Shown piece after piece: positions 39,432 through 50,947 of a DNA stretch of 64,000 bases. Source of the DNA: Blasia pusilla (lineage: Eukaryota); contig CM114271.1 of assembly GCA_050084515.1 (NCBI GenBank), positions 30,256,001 through 30,320,000 of the forward strand. The letters run 5' to 3'. The position numbers and the translations under genes are program-made. The notes under the pieces are model-generated. The model saw only the letters and a list, made by a program, of their open reading frames with translations. It ran no database searches and had not been told where the DNA came from. How positions within the stretch are numbered: the stretch's first letter is position 1; each line of letters starts with the position of its first letter.

Positions 39432-41172
39432 GGACAGATCGGCCGTGCCGCAATTCCTCCGCTCAAACCCAAGCCTACGGAGCGATCCCCATCAATCGCG
39501 AAGCGCTTCCGATCACGCCATGCAATCACGCAGCACCTCCTGCTCCTGCCGGAGCTCACAAGTCCTGTGTTGGGAATTCATCGCCGCCCAGATACAGACG
39601 GACTCGCGGGCACCATCTCTGGGGAGGAGGATCGAGTCCACTAGCTGCACTCCAGTCCGTTCCCATCCAATCCACAGCCGCATCAACAGGACTGCATTGA
39701 AAAGCAGCTCTGGAATGGGCCCGGACTGACTAACGCAACAACCTGAAATTCGACTGACTGACGCAAAATTCTGAAAATTCGAAGATGTGTTCCCATCGAC
39801 GGCATCGGCACACAGCCCTGAGAACAATCGAGGGCTCGCTCTCTTTCCAAGTACGACATCATCGTTTCTCGTCTGCTCGCTTGTCGTCCACCGCAATAGA
39901 ACGCGTTTGCGTTTCGTAACTCGTTTGCACTTTTTGTGTGACTTTCGTTCCTTCTCATTTCTCTCTACCAATTCCAAACGGAAGCTCAAAATCGACCACA
40001 AGGTTATAGGACTTTCTCTTCTCCGTTCTTTGAGCTTTATGAAGGCCGTGAATGATCTACGAGGGAGGATGGAACAAATCATCGGCTGCATAAATTATGT
40101 TATGGATGGCTAGTTTGCGCATGCATGTCAAACACTCTAAACTCTCGACCCAAATGTACTAACCAATCCAAGCATTTTTATTCAAAATATGTGCAATAAA
40201 AAAACTTGTTCCATGTTAAAATAAAATTTCATGTTTCTCTAAAAAAACCAAATCTACTCTAACAAGATATAAGGTTATTCTTGGCTAGTGAACATTAGTT
40301 CATTTGTTTTATGCAAAAGAAACTCAACCAAGGGAAAATGAATTTTCAAGGGAGTGAACATCACAATTCATTGGTCTTATGTTAAAGAGACTCAACAAAG
40401 AGAAAACCCTCTCCCTAGGGCAAGTGGGCCATATCCTTGACCCTAAACATGTAAAAGTGGATCAATGTTCACGTTACATAATCAAAAAGTCAGATTTTTT
40501 GAGAAAAGGAACTTTTCTCAAATAATTCGTTCTAAATGGGCCCAACCCAAGAGAAACTCTATATCTTCAAGCTAACCTACTCCTCAAACATGTCACCTTT
40601 TGATCTATTGGTCTCCATCTCCGGTCTCTCTCGGATCACTGCGGGAATACTCTCTAGTTTGCTACAAAAGAGGTGACAATTGTCATGTGAATGCATAACA
40701 TACATTGTTTTGACTAATCAAACACAAAGAATCACCTATCTGACACATCCGACCATGGAGTTCAAACACAAAGGCAAGTAGCTACCAAGATATCTCCAAT
40801 CCCCTCCCCCTAGTTGGTGATTAGGGCCCTTCGGGATGATCTCCCAATGTCATGCGATGGTCAATCAGTATCTAATCATATAGGTCGCTATTCTATTTAT
40901 GTCCTATTGTGTATGGATGTCGGAATGTTATGATGGCAAGGGATTGTTGGAAATATGATCCCAACAATAGGTGAGCGATCCTATTGTTTAAGAGTGCCAA
41001 GTAGAAACTTATGTCCTTTACTCCCATCTATATCTTCTTCCATATTTTATTCTATATATTATATAGAATAATTCTCAATATCTCAATAACAAACACTTAT
41101 GTATCTGACTCTTGTCCTTTTAGATGCCCTCTAGCTACGTCACCTATTCCTTAGATCTAGCTTTGTTTCCTC

Positions 41173-41540
41173 TGTCATGACCATACGGATTATGTCGTAG
41201 AGTATAGTGTGCTAGTAGAGGCCATACCTTATGTAGGGCCGTAGTGTCTAGGTAGAGATGCGGTTTCATACATAGGGTTGGGGATTACTTAGTTAAGGAT
41301 GACTTTTCCAGTAGGGCCCGCTCTTAGGTTGGAGAATATAGTGTGGAGTGCACTCAAAGAACAATTAGTTCTTTGAGTTGAGCCTGTTGCGTTGGGAGTT
41401 AGCCTTGGTAGTGAGTAGAGCTCTTGGCTATGGTGGTTCCCGCAAGCTTCGACCTGGATTCTCCCATCGTGAAGAGGGTTTGGCTCGATTGTATGTGAAT
41501 GTATACGTGTTTTATGACAGTAGGTCTTTCACGGATTTCA
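41173..41540 (+). repeat. Repeat A1 (368 bp), left terminus
   Basis: Direct repeat of 50474-50841, with about a dozen mismatches by eye. Confidence 0.95.
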
Positions 41541-43025
41541 CTCAAATAACTCGGGTAGCTTTGATTGTGGATCAGTAGGATCTGGTTTGGGCTGATTGTG
41601 TACTCAGCCGTGGATGTTTGTGGCTTGTGGCCTATGTTGGAGATGGTAATCTGGTGCATGGTTGGTTGGGAAAGAAGCGCCATGCTGAGAGCTTTCCAAA
41701 GCACTTTAGATCGCCGGAGTTCGTCAAGGGAGTTGGAAGTTATCAAGGATTGAAGATTCTGGTTCGTGTTCGACGGTTTTCTGATGTGGAGAGCTTGGAG
41801 TGCTGAAGCTCTGTTGAAGTTCATCCAGATCGGGTGAGAGGTTCCTATTGCTAATTGTATTGTGATCTCATGTGAAGCTATCTGCTTGAGTGTGTGGAGC
41901 GTTGCGGATTTCTGCGTGCATGAATCTAGGCGGAAGCGTTGTCGGATTTGCGATTCTGGAGGTGTATGGACAGCAAGTTTGTCTGATTTTTAGCTCAGAG
42001 TACAAAGCTCGGTTGTAGCTGATTTTTTGTGGAGAGATAGCTCTGATGGTCAATTAAATTCTGGTTGAAACAGATTAAATTTTGGTTGAGTATTTGTGGA
42101 GTAATTTCTGATCAAAATTTCATGATGGTGGACAGCAGATCGGAGGGGCTGGTTGGTTGGTGACTCGTCCGATGTTGGAGACACCTATCCCGTTGGGGGC
42201 GCCCTGGTTGGACCTCTCTCCATAGCGAAGCATGGCAAAGCGTGGCAAACGGGGCATGTCTCGAGCATTTCTCGGCGTTTTGAGGCTTCGAGGCAACTCG
42301 TGGTAGCTCGGGGTGAGTGGGCGTGAGAGGCGGAGTAAGGAGCAAGCAAGCAAGCTTGCTTGCTTGGGCGTGAGGTAGTGTTTGGAGGATTTGTGATTTG
42401 AGTGTTGCATAATTGGTCATCTATCTTTGGGCTATTCTGCCTGGAAGACTCTTAACTGCTGAGTTCTTAACTATGCCAATGTACACACTAGTGTAGCTCA
42501 TTTGGTGGTGTTCGGAGATGTGTTAGGCGCTTTATGCATCTCAGATTTTTGGTTGATAGACCTCTAGCGCATAGTATGGTGTAGCCTCTCCATGCAGGTG
42601 ATATTTTCAGATGCTACGGGTCCAACTAGCACGTCATCGACCCGCGGCAGAGTAGCTATTGCGTTAGAATTGTATGGTGGTTTCTGTGGATTCAAGGGGC
42701 GCCACATTTGGTGGATTGTGTTACCTTGATTTCCATTTGCGATTGGAGGGTTGTCGTTGGACTTCCTGTGTTTGGATCCCCTCCATCGTTGCTTCTTGCT
42801 TGCGCGCCCATTGTTAGGGTTGACGCTGATTTCCAAAGTAGTGTTACTCCTGTGTGCTACCGGTAGTGAGGCTAGAGTGATGACCAGTAGACCGTGGGAG
42901 GCTTCTTGTGGTGATGACAGGTTAGGTTGCCTACACCCATAGCTAGTAGAGCTAGAATAGTACAGCCACATCGACGTCACTTGGCTACTTAGTGGTGGTA
43001 ATTTGGTGGTGGTGCGGCATCGGCG

Positions 43026-45590
43026 TTGGTCATCACGGAGCTCTCTGGTGGTCTGGTTGGGGACGGTGGTACGGACAGTGGTGGTTTCACACGGAGTGGA
43101 TTGAGGTATCGGCTATCTTTTCCACTTCCAACGGTTGATGAAGAGGAGGACGAGGGTGTTCCAAACACTGAGTCTTCTACGTTGTTATCGAGTGTTGCAT
43201 CTCCATTGATTTGGGACATGGATGGGATATATGGGGCCATGAAGGGCCCACGACGATACTCGAGTGCAGTGGGCACCATTGAGTTGGAGGACTTCATGCA
43301 GGAGTTTGATACGTGGTGTGATATGCAGATGTTGCGGAACGTCACGTTGTTTACACCTTTCTTGGCTTGGAAGGGGTTGTTTCAGCACTTGGAGGGACCA
43401 CCCATGGATGATTACCATGAGTTTAGGAAGGACCATGTTGCTGAGATTGAGGTGTGGAGACAATATTGGTCTCCAGGCTATGTGTCTATCACCCATGGTG
43501 GTATTGGTAGTAGTGCTCCTACTATGCCAGCCAGCCCGACGTTGAGTGGTACGAGTACGAGCCGGAGTGGGGGTACCAGTGGAGGTACCCATGGAGGTAC
43601 CAGTGGGGGTACTAGTGCCCCACCATCGTTCAGCCCGGTTGCAGAGTTCTTCAAGAGGTTGAAGAAGAACTATCACTGAGTGAAGACAAAGAAGTTGAGG
43701 AGCCTTTAGGAATTTGAGCGAAAGACTGGTGAGAGTCTTCGTGAGGCATACACTCGTATGCGACGCTTGATTTCAGTTACCCAGGGTGTGACTGAGGCTC
43801 AGGCAGTCCAGTTTTGGTATGGGATCTTGGACGGAGAGTTGCGCCGGAGGGTACTCTTATGAGTGATGATTCACCTACATTGACCCATGTGTTTGCTCTA
43901 TCTGAGAAGATTGAGCTTAACATGGTGAAGGAGAGAGTGGTGACATCCGCATTCAGTAGGGATATAACTACTACTTCTTGTGTTCAGCAGCCCACCTCAC
44001 AATCTCGTAGTAGTGGTGGTGGTAGTAGTAGTGGGAGTCGTGGGGGGTACACACGACCTCAGTCAAGTCCTAGAGGGACACTTGCGTAGAGACCATTGCC
44101 TTTATTTGCTGCCCCGCAGCAAGAACAGTCATGATGGACATGTGGAGGTGATCATGTTAGGAGGTTTTGTCCCCAAGAGGATGGGAGACGGACTTTGGAG
44201 GATGGGCCTCAGTCGGCCCCAACTCAGTGTGATCATTGCGGGAGACCAGGTCATCCTCGAGAGCGTTGCTTTGATCTTCATCCAGAGTTGAGGTCACGCC
44301 GTGGCCGTGGTGGAGTAGCTCCGAGAGGCCGAGGTGGTAGGGGTGGTAGAGGTGGACCAGTGGTTGGAGAGCCTACGGTGGCCACCCCTACCACTCTGAC
44401 AAGTCGACCTATGGTTGCCGAGATTGAGCTTGATTGGAGAAGAAGTTGGCTACTATGGCTGGTATCGAGCATAAATGAGGTTTGGGAGCAGGGGCTTCCA
44501 TTTCCTATGGAGGGGATGATCTCTCTTATATGGCAAGTGCAGCACAGGTTGAGGCATTAGCTGCAGTTACGAGAGGAGCCACTCGAGCGTTAGAGCCACG
44601 TGGTGCTATTGTGGAGTTGGACCCACAGAGGGGTGAGGCTGGGAGGCAGGCTAGGCTTGCCCAGTCATTCTTGTTGTCTGAGGTGCTTAGGACTCCATCC
44701 ATGGTTCTTACGCAGCCTATTGAGCGGCGAGTGGGGATCGAGGCATCTACATCGCGTGTAGTAGACACGGATGCAAAGACATCGATCAAGATTGCGGATG
44801 GCAACTTAAGTGTTGGGATCCCCATTGTTTTCGGCCACGGAGCTGATGGCTTTAGGAGTTGACTTAGCTCCTGCATTTCAGCTAGCAGCCACGTTGTATG
44901 AACATGGGGTGTATTCTTGCTACGTCTTTGAGGTGGATGAGGGTGTTGCGGTGAAGCGACCCTCTATGTCAGTGTAGCATTGAGTACGGTGCTACTTGGC
45001 AAAGCGGCGGCGAAGATGGATGCATTACCAGCCCGGCCAGCCATTGATCGTGAGAGGCTTACACCTGGTGTATGTATGTTGGACAACCGGAGTGGGATAT
45101 CCGATTGGTGAGTCCTACAGGATAGGTGTATAGCCCAGATAGAGTCTTGTTAGACTCTGGTGCCCAACCTTTGATGTTGGGAAAGGCAGCATGTATTGGT
45201 TTGGGTATTCGGAGGTCAGAGCTTAAGCCTTGCCCATTCCAGATTCAAACATCACTTGGATGAGCCAATGATAGGTCTTAATTCATGACACGGGAGAAGT
45301 TGTCTGTACAGTTGAGACCAGATCAAGCGACTGATAGCTCCCGGTTGGGAGTACCTGCAGTGGTCACATCAGCCGAGTCATATGATGTACTAGTTAGAGG
45401 AGCAATATTGTACCCGATGGGTTTTCAGATGGACTACTGGAGTGAGACAACGTCTTATAGACCTGGTTGGCAGTCCGGGGATGGACGTATGAGCCAGGTT
45501 CCTGTGAGATTTATTTATGGGGCTCGACATAGAGGGTCTTCCCCAACGGTGTTAGCATCTGTGGTTGGTTTTAGTGGAGTAGTCACCTGA
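43026..45590 (+). pseudogene. Gag and aspartic protease region of the split-repeat element, disrupted
   Basis: Gag-like ORFs (ELEDFMQEFDTWC; GESLREAYTRMRRL), one degenerate and one intact CCHC knuckle, an RG-rich tail, protease RVLLDSGAQP and downstream YDVLVRG. Contains stops and frameshifts. Confidence 0.75.
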
Positions 45591-45881
45591 CCAGGAGACT
45601 TTTTGGAGGGTAATCTTTCTGCTATGGATTCTCCAATGCATGAGGAGGTAGAGGAGGTCCCTAGTTTTGTAGCAGTGGCATCCTCATCGTTGGATGTGCC
45701 ACTTTGGAGTTCAGGCGGTGCACTACGGCAAGAGGCTGATCGCCTAGTGCCGGAGGCTTGGTGTGAGGTTGTTATACCTCATGAGGAAGAGGAGGCCCCA
45801 CGGCGGACTCCTACTTCTGGTCTAGTTGGGTTATCCCCTTTGGATACTACACCCATTGTATGGCAGTATCCGCCGGAGGGC

Positions 45882-46830
45882 ATTTGTGTGTTAGATCTCT
45901 TTGGTGGGATAAGCATTGGTTTGGCTGCAGTGTTGCAGATCGGTATTCATGTGCGGAGATACGTGTATGTGGACCCAGATGAGACGGCCCAGAGAGTCTC
46001 ATCCCGACATATCGGTCAGTTGATGCGGAGATATCCTGAGTTGTTGCCGCCATCAGCTATTCGTGGGTACCAACATGCTTTGCCGTCACACATTGCATTG
46101 TTGGGGGCGCAGGACCTTGAGAGGGTTGGTCTTGTGGATTTGGTGATTGCTGGATGGCTATGTCACGCTCATACACGTGTTGGTCGTGGTGAGGGATTAT
46201 ACGACCCTAGTTCTCGATTATTTTGGGAGATGTTACGGGTGTTACGACATCTTCAGGTTCATTAGGCACGTGCTCCAGCTTACATTCCGGAGAATGTTCC
46301 ATTGTTGGGTGACACTCGGACCCGGATGATGGCGAGTGTTCATGAGGTACGGTCTTGGATTGGACCAGCGGTATTTTTGGATGTGCACGCGAGTTGGCTC
46401 GCGTGCACATCGTCTATGCTTGTGGTGGACAAACTTGTTGCCTAGGGAAGTTCTACGTCAAGCATATGATGCACTGCAGCGAGATCCTTGCCTTACAGTG
46501 GATAGTATCTTGGATACTGGGCCACTTTCTCAGGTGGTGTGGTTATTGATCGGTCACCCATGGCAGTGGTGAACCGTGTGGGCCAGCCTAGGATGGCACT
46601 ACCCACATTTGTGAGTTTTCCCTCGTCACATGCCTACAAGGAAGGTGGTCCCAAGTTTGTATGGGATTCTCATGTGCGACAGTTGGTGGAGCCTAACGCT
46701 GATGAGAGAGAGCGTGCGATGGGATTTGCTACTGGTGTGACAGCGGTTGCTTCCATTTCTGAGGCTTCACGACGTCACCTATTGGGTCAGGCCATGGACC
46801 TGAATTGTTTGACTTGGATTTTGAGTCTTG
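45882..46830 (+). pseudogene. Element-borne C5 cytosine DNA methyltransferase domain (DNMT3-like), disrupted in this copy
   Basis: Motifs in canonical order: I VLDLFGG (45888), IV DLVIAGWLC (catalytic Cys at 46161, preceded by CTA where Pro is expected), VI ENV (46290), VIII GSRAHRLCLWWTNL, IX ERERAMGF (46704), X RRHLLGQAM (46770). One in-frame stop at 46263, plus frameshifts. Confidence 0.88.
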
Positions 46831-47081
46831 GTATGGCCGAGCAGCGTCGATTTCGGACTATGTCTGTGGGTCTTCCACCCCTTGTGATGAGCTCGATGGC
46901 TACCGGGACGGTAGAGGCATCGGCTGGGGATGAGGAGAGTAGTATTTTGCATCCTTGGAGTAAATGGGATGTAATGGCTGGGCATGTGGAGTTGGTTGCT
47001 CATGCTGGTGGAGGAGTTATTTTCTCAGATGATGGTATAGCTAAGGGTGTACCATCTTGTGAGGGGGTTGCGTAGCAGCCA

Positions 47082-50000
47082 ATGGCGTCGTCATCTCCCT
47101 CTAGTGTGTCAGTGGAGGAGACTTGGGAGCCATTACTTGGGCCCAAGCTTACGGGAGGTGAGAAACGACGCTTGACACAGTTCCTACGTACTTATAGGAG
47201 TTATTTTGCCTTTAGCATGAAGGAGTTGGGTGCTTTGGTTGGACCCGGTATACGGATTGATTTGGCTAGTGATACGCCAATCTTTCGTCGTCCCTACCGA
47301 TATAGTGATATGGAGAGGGACGTGATTCAGAGTAGGACGTTGGACCTTTTGGAGGCTGGATTAGTGGAGTTGTCGCATGGAGAGTATGCATCAGCCACTA
47401 TCATGCCTGCTAAAAAGGATGTGCATGGCAACTACACGGATAGGCGGATGTATGGAGATTATCGTCCTATCAATCGGCAGACCAAGGCTGATAGGTATGC
47501 CATGCCTACACCTGAGGAGATCTTTGATGTGGTGGGACAGGCAAAGATTTTTAGTACTTTGGATCTTCGGGCAGGATACCATCATTTGCCGATTAGAGAG
47601 AGTGACAAGGCCAAGACAGCATTTTGGGGTGTCAACTCTCATGGCAAGGATTGTTTGTACCAATGGAAATTCTTACCCTTTGGGTTGAACAATGCACCTG
47701 TCGAGTTTCAGAGAGTGATGGACAGGATCCTAGTAGGGTTGGATTTTGTTCGGTGTTACATTGATGATATATTGGTGTTTAGTAACATGGTGGAGGAGCA
47801 TCCGATACATTTTCAGATTGTGTTTGAGCAGTTGAAAGCTCATGGTCTACGTTTGCATCCAGGAAAGTGTTAGTTCTTCCATGAGGATGTTGAGTACTTG
47901 GGTCATGTGATCTATCCAAGTGGTTTGGGATTTTAGCAAGCAAAGGTGGAGGCTATTGCACTTATTCCTTGTCCGGTAGATGTGAGTAGAGTTCGGGCAT
48001 TCATGGGATTGGCGAACTACTATCGGAGGTATGTGAAGGGATTTAGTGCTATGGCAAAGCCTTTGAACCAATTGTTGAAATCAGATCAGGAGTGGCACTG
48101 GGGAGATAATCAGGAGAGAGCTTTTGTGGAGCTCAAGGCCCAGTTGGTGGCGGCGCCTATCTTGAGGAGACCTATCAGAAGGCGCCCATTTCAGTTACAC
48201 ACTGATTGGAGTAGGTTGGGACTTGGAGCGGTGTTGACACAACATGATGATGAGCACATGGAGTTTGTGGTGGCCTATGCAAGTCGTTCGAATAATGCAG
48301 CGGAGTCGCGCTATAGTTCATATGAGGGAGAGTGCTTGGCAGTAGTGTGGGTTGTGGCACACTTTAGGTGTTACTTGTTTGGCACACAGTTTACCCTTGT
48401 TATTGATCACCAGCCGCTCAAATGGTTGATGGAGTCTGACAAGCTTACAGAGAAGCTTGCACGGTGGGCTCTTATCTTACAAGAGTATGACTTCCAGGTG
48501 GTACATAGACCTGGAGTTGCCAACCTTGATGCTGATGGGTTGAGTAGGAACCAATGTACTAGCCAAGAGGATGCAACAGGGGCTAGATGGCATGACGAGG
48601 TTGATGAGGAGATGGTGCCAGGTTGGCATGCATCTGCCTTTTTATGTTGGTTAGGGGTGGACTCTAGTATGGAGGACCACATGATATCTTACTCTAGTCA
48701 GAGGGTAGATGGCCAGCCTTCAGATCCTAAGGTTGGAGATGGTAGTACGGATCAGCGTGACATTCATGATGATGCGTTGGTGTTGGAGCTCGTACGGACC
48801 AGTAGGGTGCCAAGCATAGTGAGTGCCAAGGAGCGAGACCGTGTTCTTCAACGTGCTAAGAGGTATCGATTGGAGGGAACACATATTCTCCGTGTGTGGG
48901 ATGATGGTAGAGTACGAGTAGTGCCGCATTTGGCTCAGAGTGAGCGCATTGTGTGACATGCCCATGAGGAGTTGGGACATTTTGGGGTAAAGCGTACGTA
49001 TAGCTTACTCCTTGGTGAGTATTGGTGGCGTGGCATACATACTCAGGTGCAGCAGTTGGTGTCACGTTGTATGGTTTGAGACTGGGTGAGGGCATCATTC
49101 AATGCCCCTACACCACAGTTACACCCCTTGCCTATTATGGGGTTGGGTTACCGTTGGAGTGTGGACTTTGCGGGACCGTTACGTGGATTGGTATGCGACA
49201 TCATCGATATGTATTGGTGATGGTGGAGCACTTCTCCAAGTGGATTGAGTTGGTGGCATTACCTAATAAGGCAAGTGAGGGAACGGCGTATGCGTTTCTT
49301 GATAGAGTTCTTAGTCATTTTGGTGCACCAGCTGAAGTGCTGACCGACCAGGGTACATAGTTTCAGGGTGAGTTTCAGGTCTTGTGTGACAAGGCGTTGA
49401 TTGATCATCAGACCACGTCTCGAGATCATCCAGAGGCGGATGGTTTGGTTGAGCGTGTGGTTTAGACGGTGAAGAGGGCATTGCACAAGTATGGCCTATA
49501 GAAGGAGCATCTTGGAGACTGAGATATTCAGTTGCTATGGTTAGCCATGGGGTATAGGTTCAGTCAAGGATGCTTGACTTCCTTCTCACCTTATTTTTTG
49601 TTATACGGCCGAGATCCAGACTTGCCCGCAAAACTTTGTTGGGAGTCTAGTGAGGTAGTGAACCTTGATGACCCAGAGATGAGGATGAGAGTGTGTTCTC
49701 AGCGGGCAAAGCTCTTTCGGAGAGTTATGCCAATAGCCTTTGAGAATCTTGCCATACTCAACACAGGGATACGTTGCGATATGCAACCATTCGGGGTGGA
49801 GGTTATCGACCATAGATTCGTAGGTTCCATGTGGGGGACTATGTCTATTTGCAGCAGATTGCACCGACAACGTTGGATGTGACGGCAAGCCGCACTATTT
49901 TATGAGTGCGAGAGGTGTTAGCTTTTGGAGTTCTCATGTTGGAGGGTCGCGATGGAGTTTTTTGGAAGGACCATGTGCGTAATTGTGCGTCATGTCATAT

Positions 50001-50199
50001 TCCAAATGCGGATGGTACTGTTGACCCAAGTTTAGCCATGATACGTGCTAGCTTGAGGTGCATGTTGTGTAGGTCTGCTCGTAACGCAGCCCGTATGTTT
50101 GTGTGTGATCGGTGTTCTAGGGGTTGGCACATGATGTATTTGACTCCACGTATGGATGTTGTTCCTATTGGAAGATGGGTTTGTCCTCGATGTACTTAG
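47082..50199 (+). pseudogene. RT, RNase H, DDE integrase and C-terminal PHD finger of the split-repeat element
   Basis: Motifs DYRPIN, FSTLDLRAGY, LPFGL, YIDD, TDWS, YASR, DHQPL, integrase HHCC and D,D,E, and PHD CMLC...CDRC....H..Y...WVCPRC at 50059-50193. Confidence 0.9.
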
Positions 50200-50369
50200 G
50201 AGAGTTAGATGACTTGATCTTTGCATGATATGGATTACAGATGTGCGACTAACGATGGGGCAACCTAGCACCCGGCCTTCTGATTCGTGCACCCATGAAG
50301 GTGTATAGCATGTAGTAGATGTATAGGGCTACTTGGAGGGACCTAACCGCCAGTTAGAAGGGCGAGTTT

Positions 50370-50471
50370 TGGTACACTTGTGTTTGTGTATGCTCTCGTC
50401 TATGTTATGTATGTATGTGAGTATGGTATGTCAGCAATGTATGTTGTATGACAATGTGGATTCGCAAGACA
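50370..50471 (+). repeat. Repeat B1 (102 bp)
   Basis: Direct repeat of 50846-50947; ends in CA. Confidence 0.95.
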
Positions 50472-50473
50472 GC

Positions 50474-50841
50474 TGTCATGACCATACGGATTATGTCGTA
50501 GAGTATAGTCTGCTAATAGAGGCCATACCTTATGTAGGGCCGTAGTGTCTAGGTAGAGATGCGGTTTCATACATAGGGTTGGGGGTTACTTAGTTGAGGG
50601 TGACTTTTCCAGTAAGGCCCGCTCTTAGGTTGGAGAATATAGTGTGGAGTGCACTCAAAGAACAGTTAGTTCTTTGAGTTGAGCCTATTGCGTTGGGAGT
50701 TAGCCTTGGTCGTGAGTAGAGCTCTTGGCTATGGTGGTTCCCGCAAGCTTCGACCTGGATTCTCCCATCGAGGAGTGGGTTTGGCTCGATTGTATGTGAA
50801 TGTATACGTGTTTTATGACAGTAGGTCTTTCACGGATTTCA
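50474..50841 (+). repeat. Repeat A2 (368 bp)
   Basis: Direct repeat of 41173-41540; starts TGTCATG, 2 nt after B1. Confidence 0.95.
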
Positions 50842-50845
50842 GTGG

Positions 50846-50947
50846 TGGTACACTTGTGTTTGTGTATGCTCTCGTCTATGTTATGTATGTATGTGAGTAT
50901 GGTATGTCAACGATGTATATTGTATGACGATGTGGATTCGCACGACA
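50846..50947 (+). repeat. Repeat B2 (102 bp), right terminus
   Basis: Direct repeat of 50370-50471; ends CACGACA and is followed by the TSD. Confidence 0.95.

Larger units (their letters stand above)
41173..50947 (+). mobile_element. Complete but degenerate Ty3/gypsy-type retrotransposon with split direct repeats; domain order gag, protease, C5 DNA methyltransferase, RT, RNase H, integrase, PHD
   Basis: Starts TGTCATG and ends CACGACA; TSD CCTC at 41169-41172 and 50948-50951. Knuckle CDHCGRPGHPRERC (~44228), LLDSGA (~45147), YIDD (47757), TDWS, HEELGHFG, VDFAGP, TDQG, GLVER. Confidence 0.92.

Noticed and set aside
41173-50841. Treating A1 and A2 as ordinary LTRs
   Set aside because: The flanks of A1 and A2 (CCTC versus GTGG) do not match; the TSD and terminal inverted repeat appear only when B2 is included.
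41173-50947. Classifying the split-repeat element as DIRS/PAT/Ngaro
   Set aside because: It has an aspartic protease, HHCC/DDE integrase, TG...CA ends and a TSD, and no tyrosine recombinase is visible. Its methyltransferase is C5-type, not the adenine MTase of DIRS elements.
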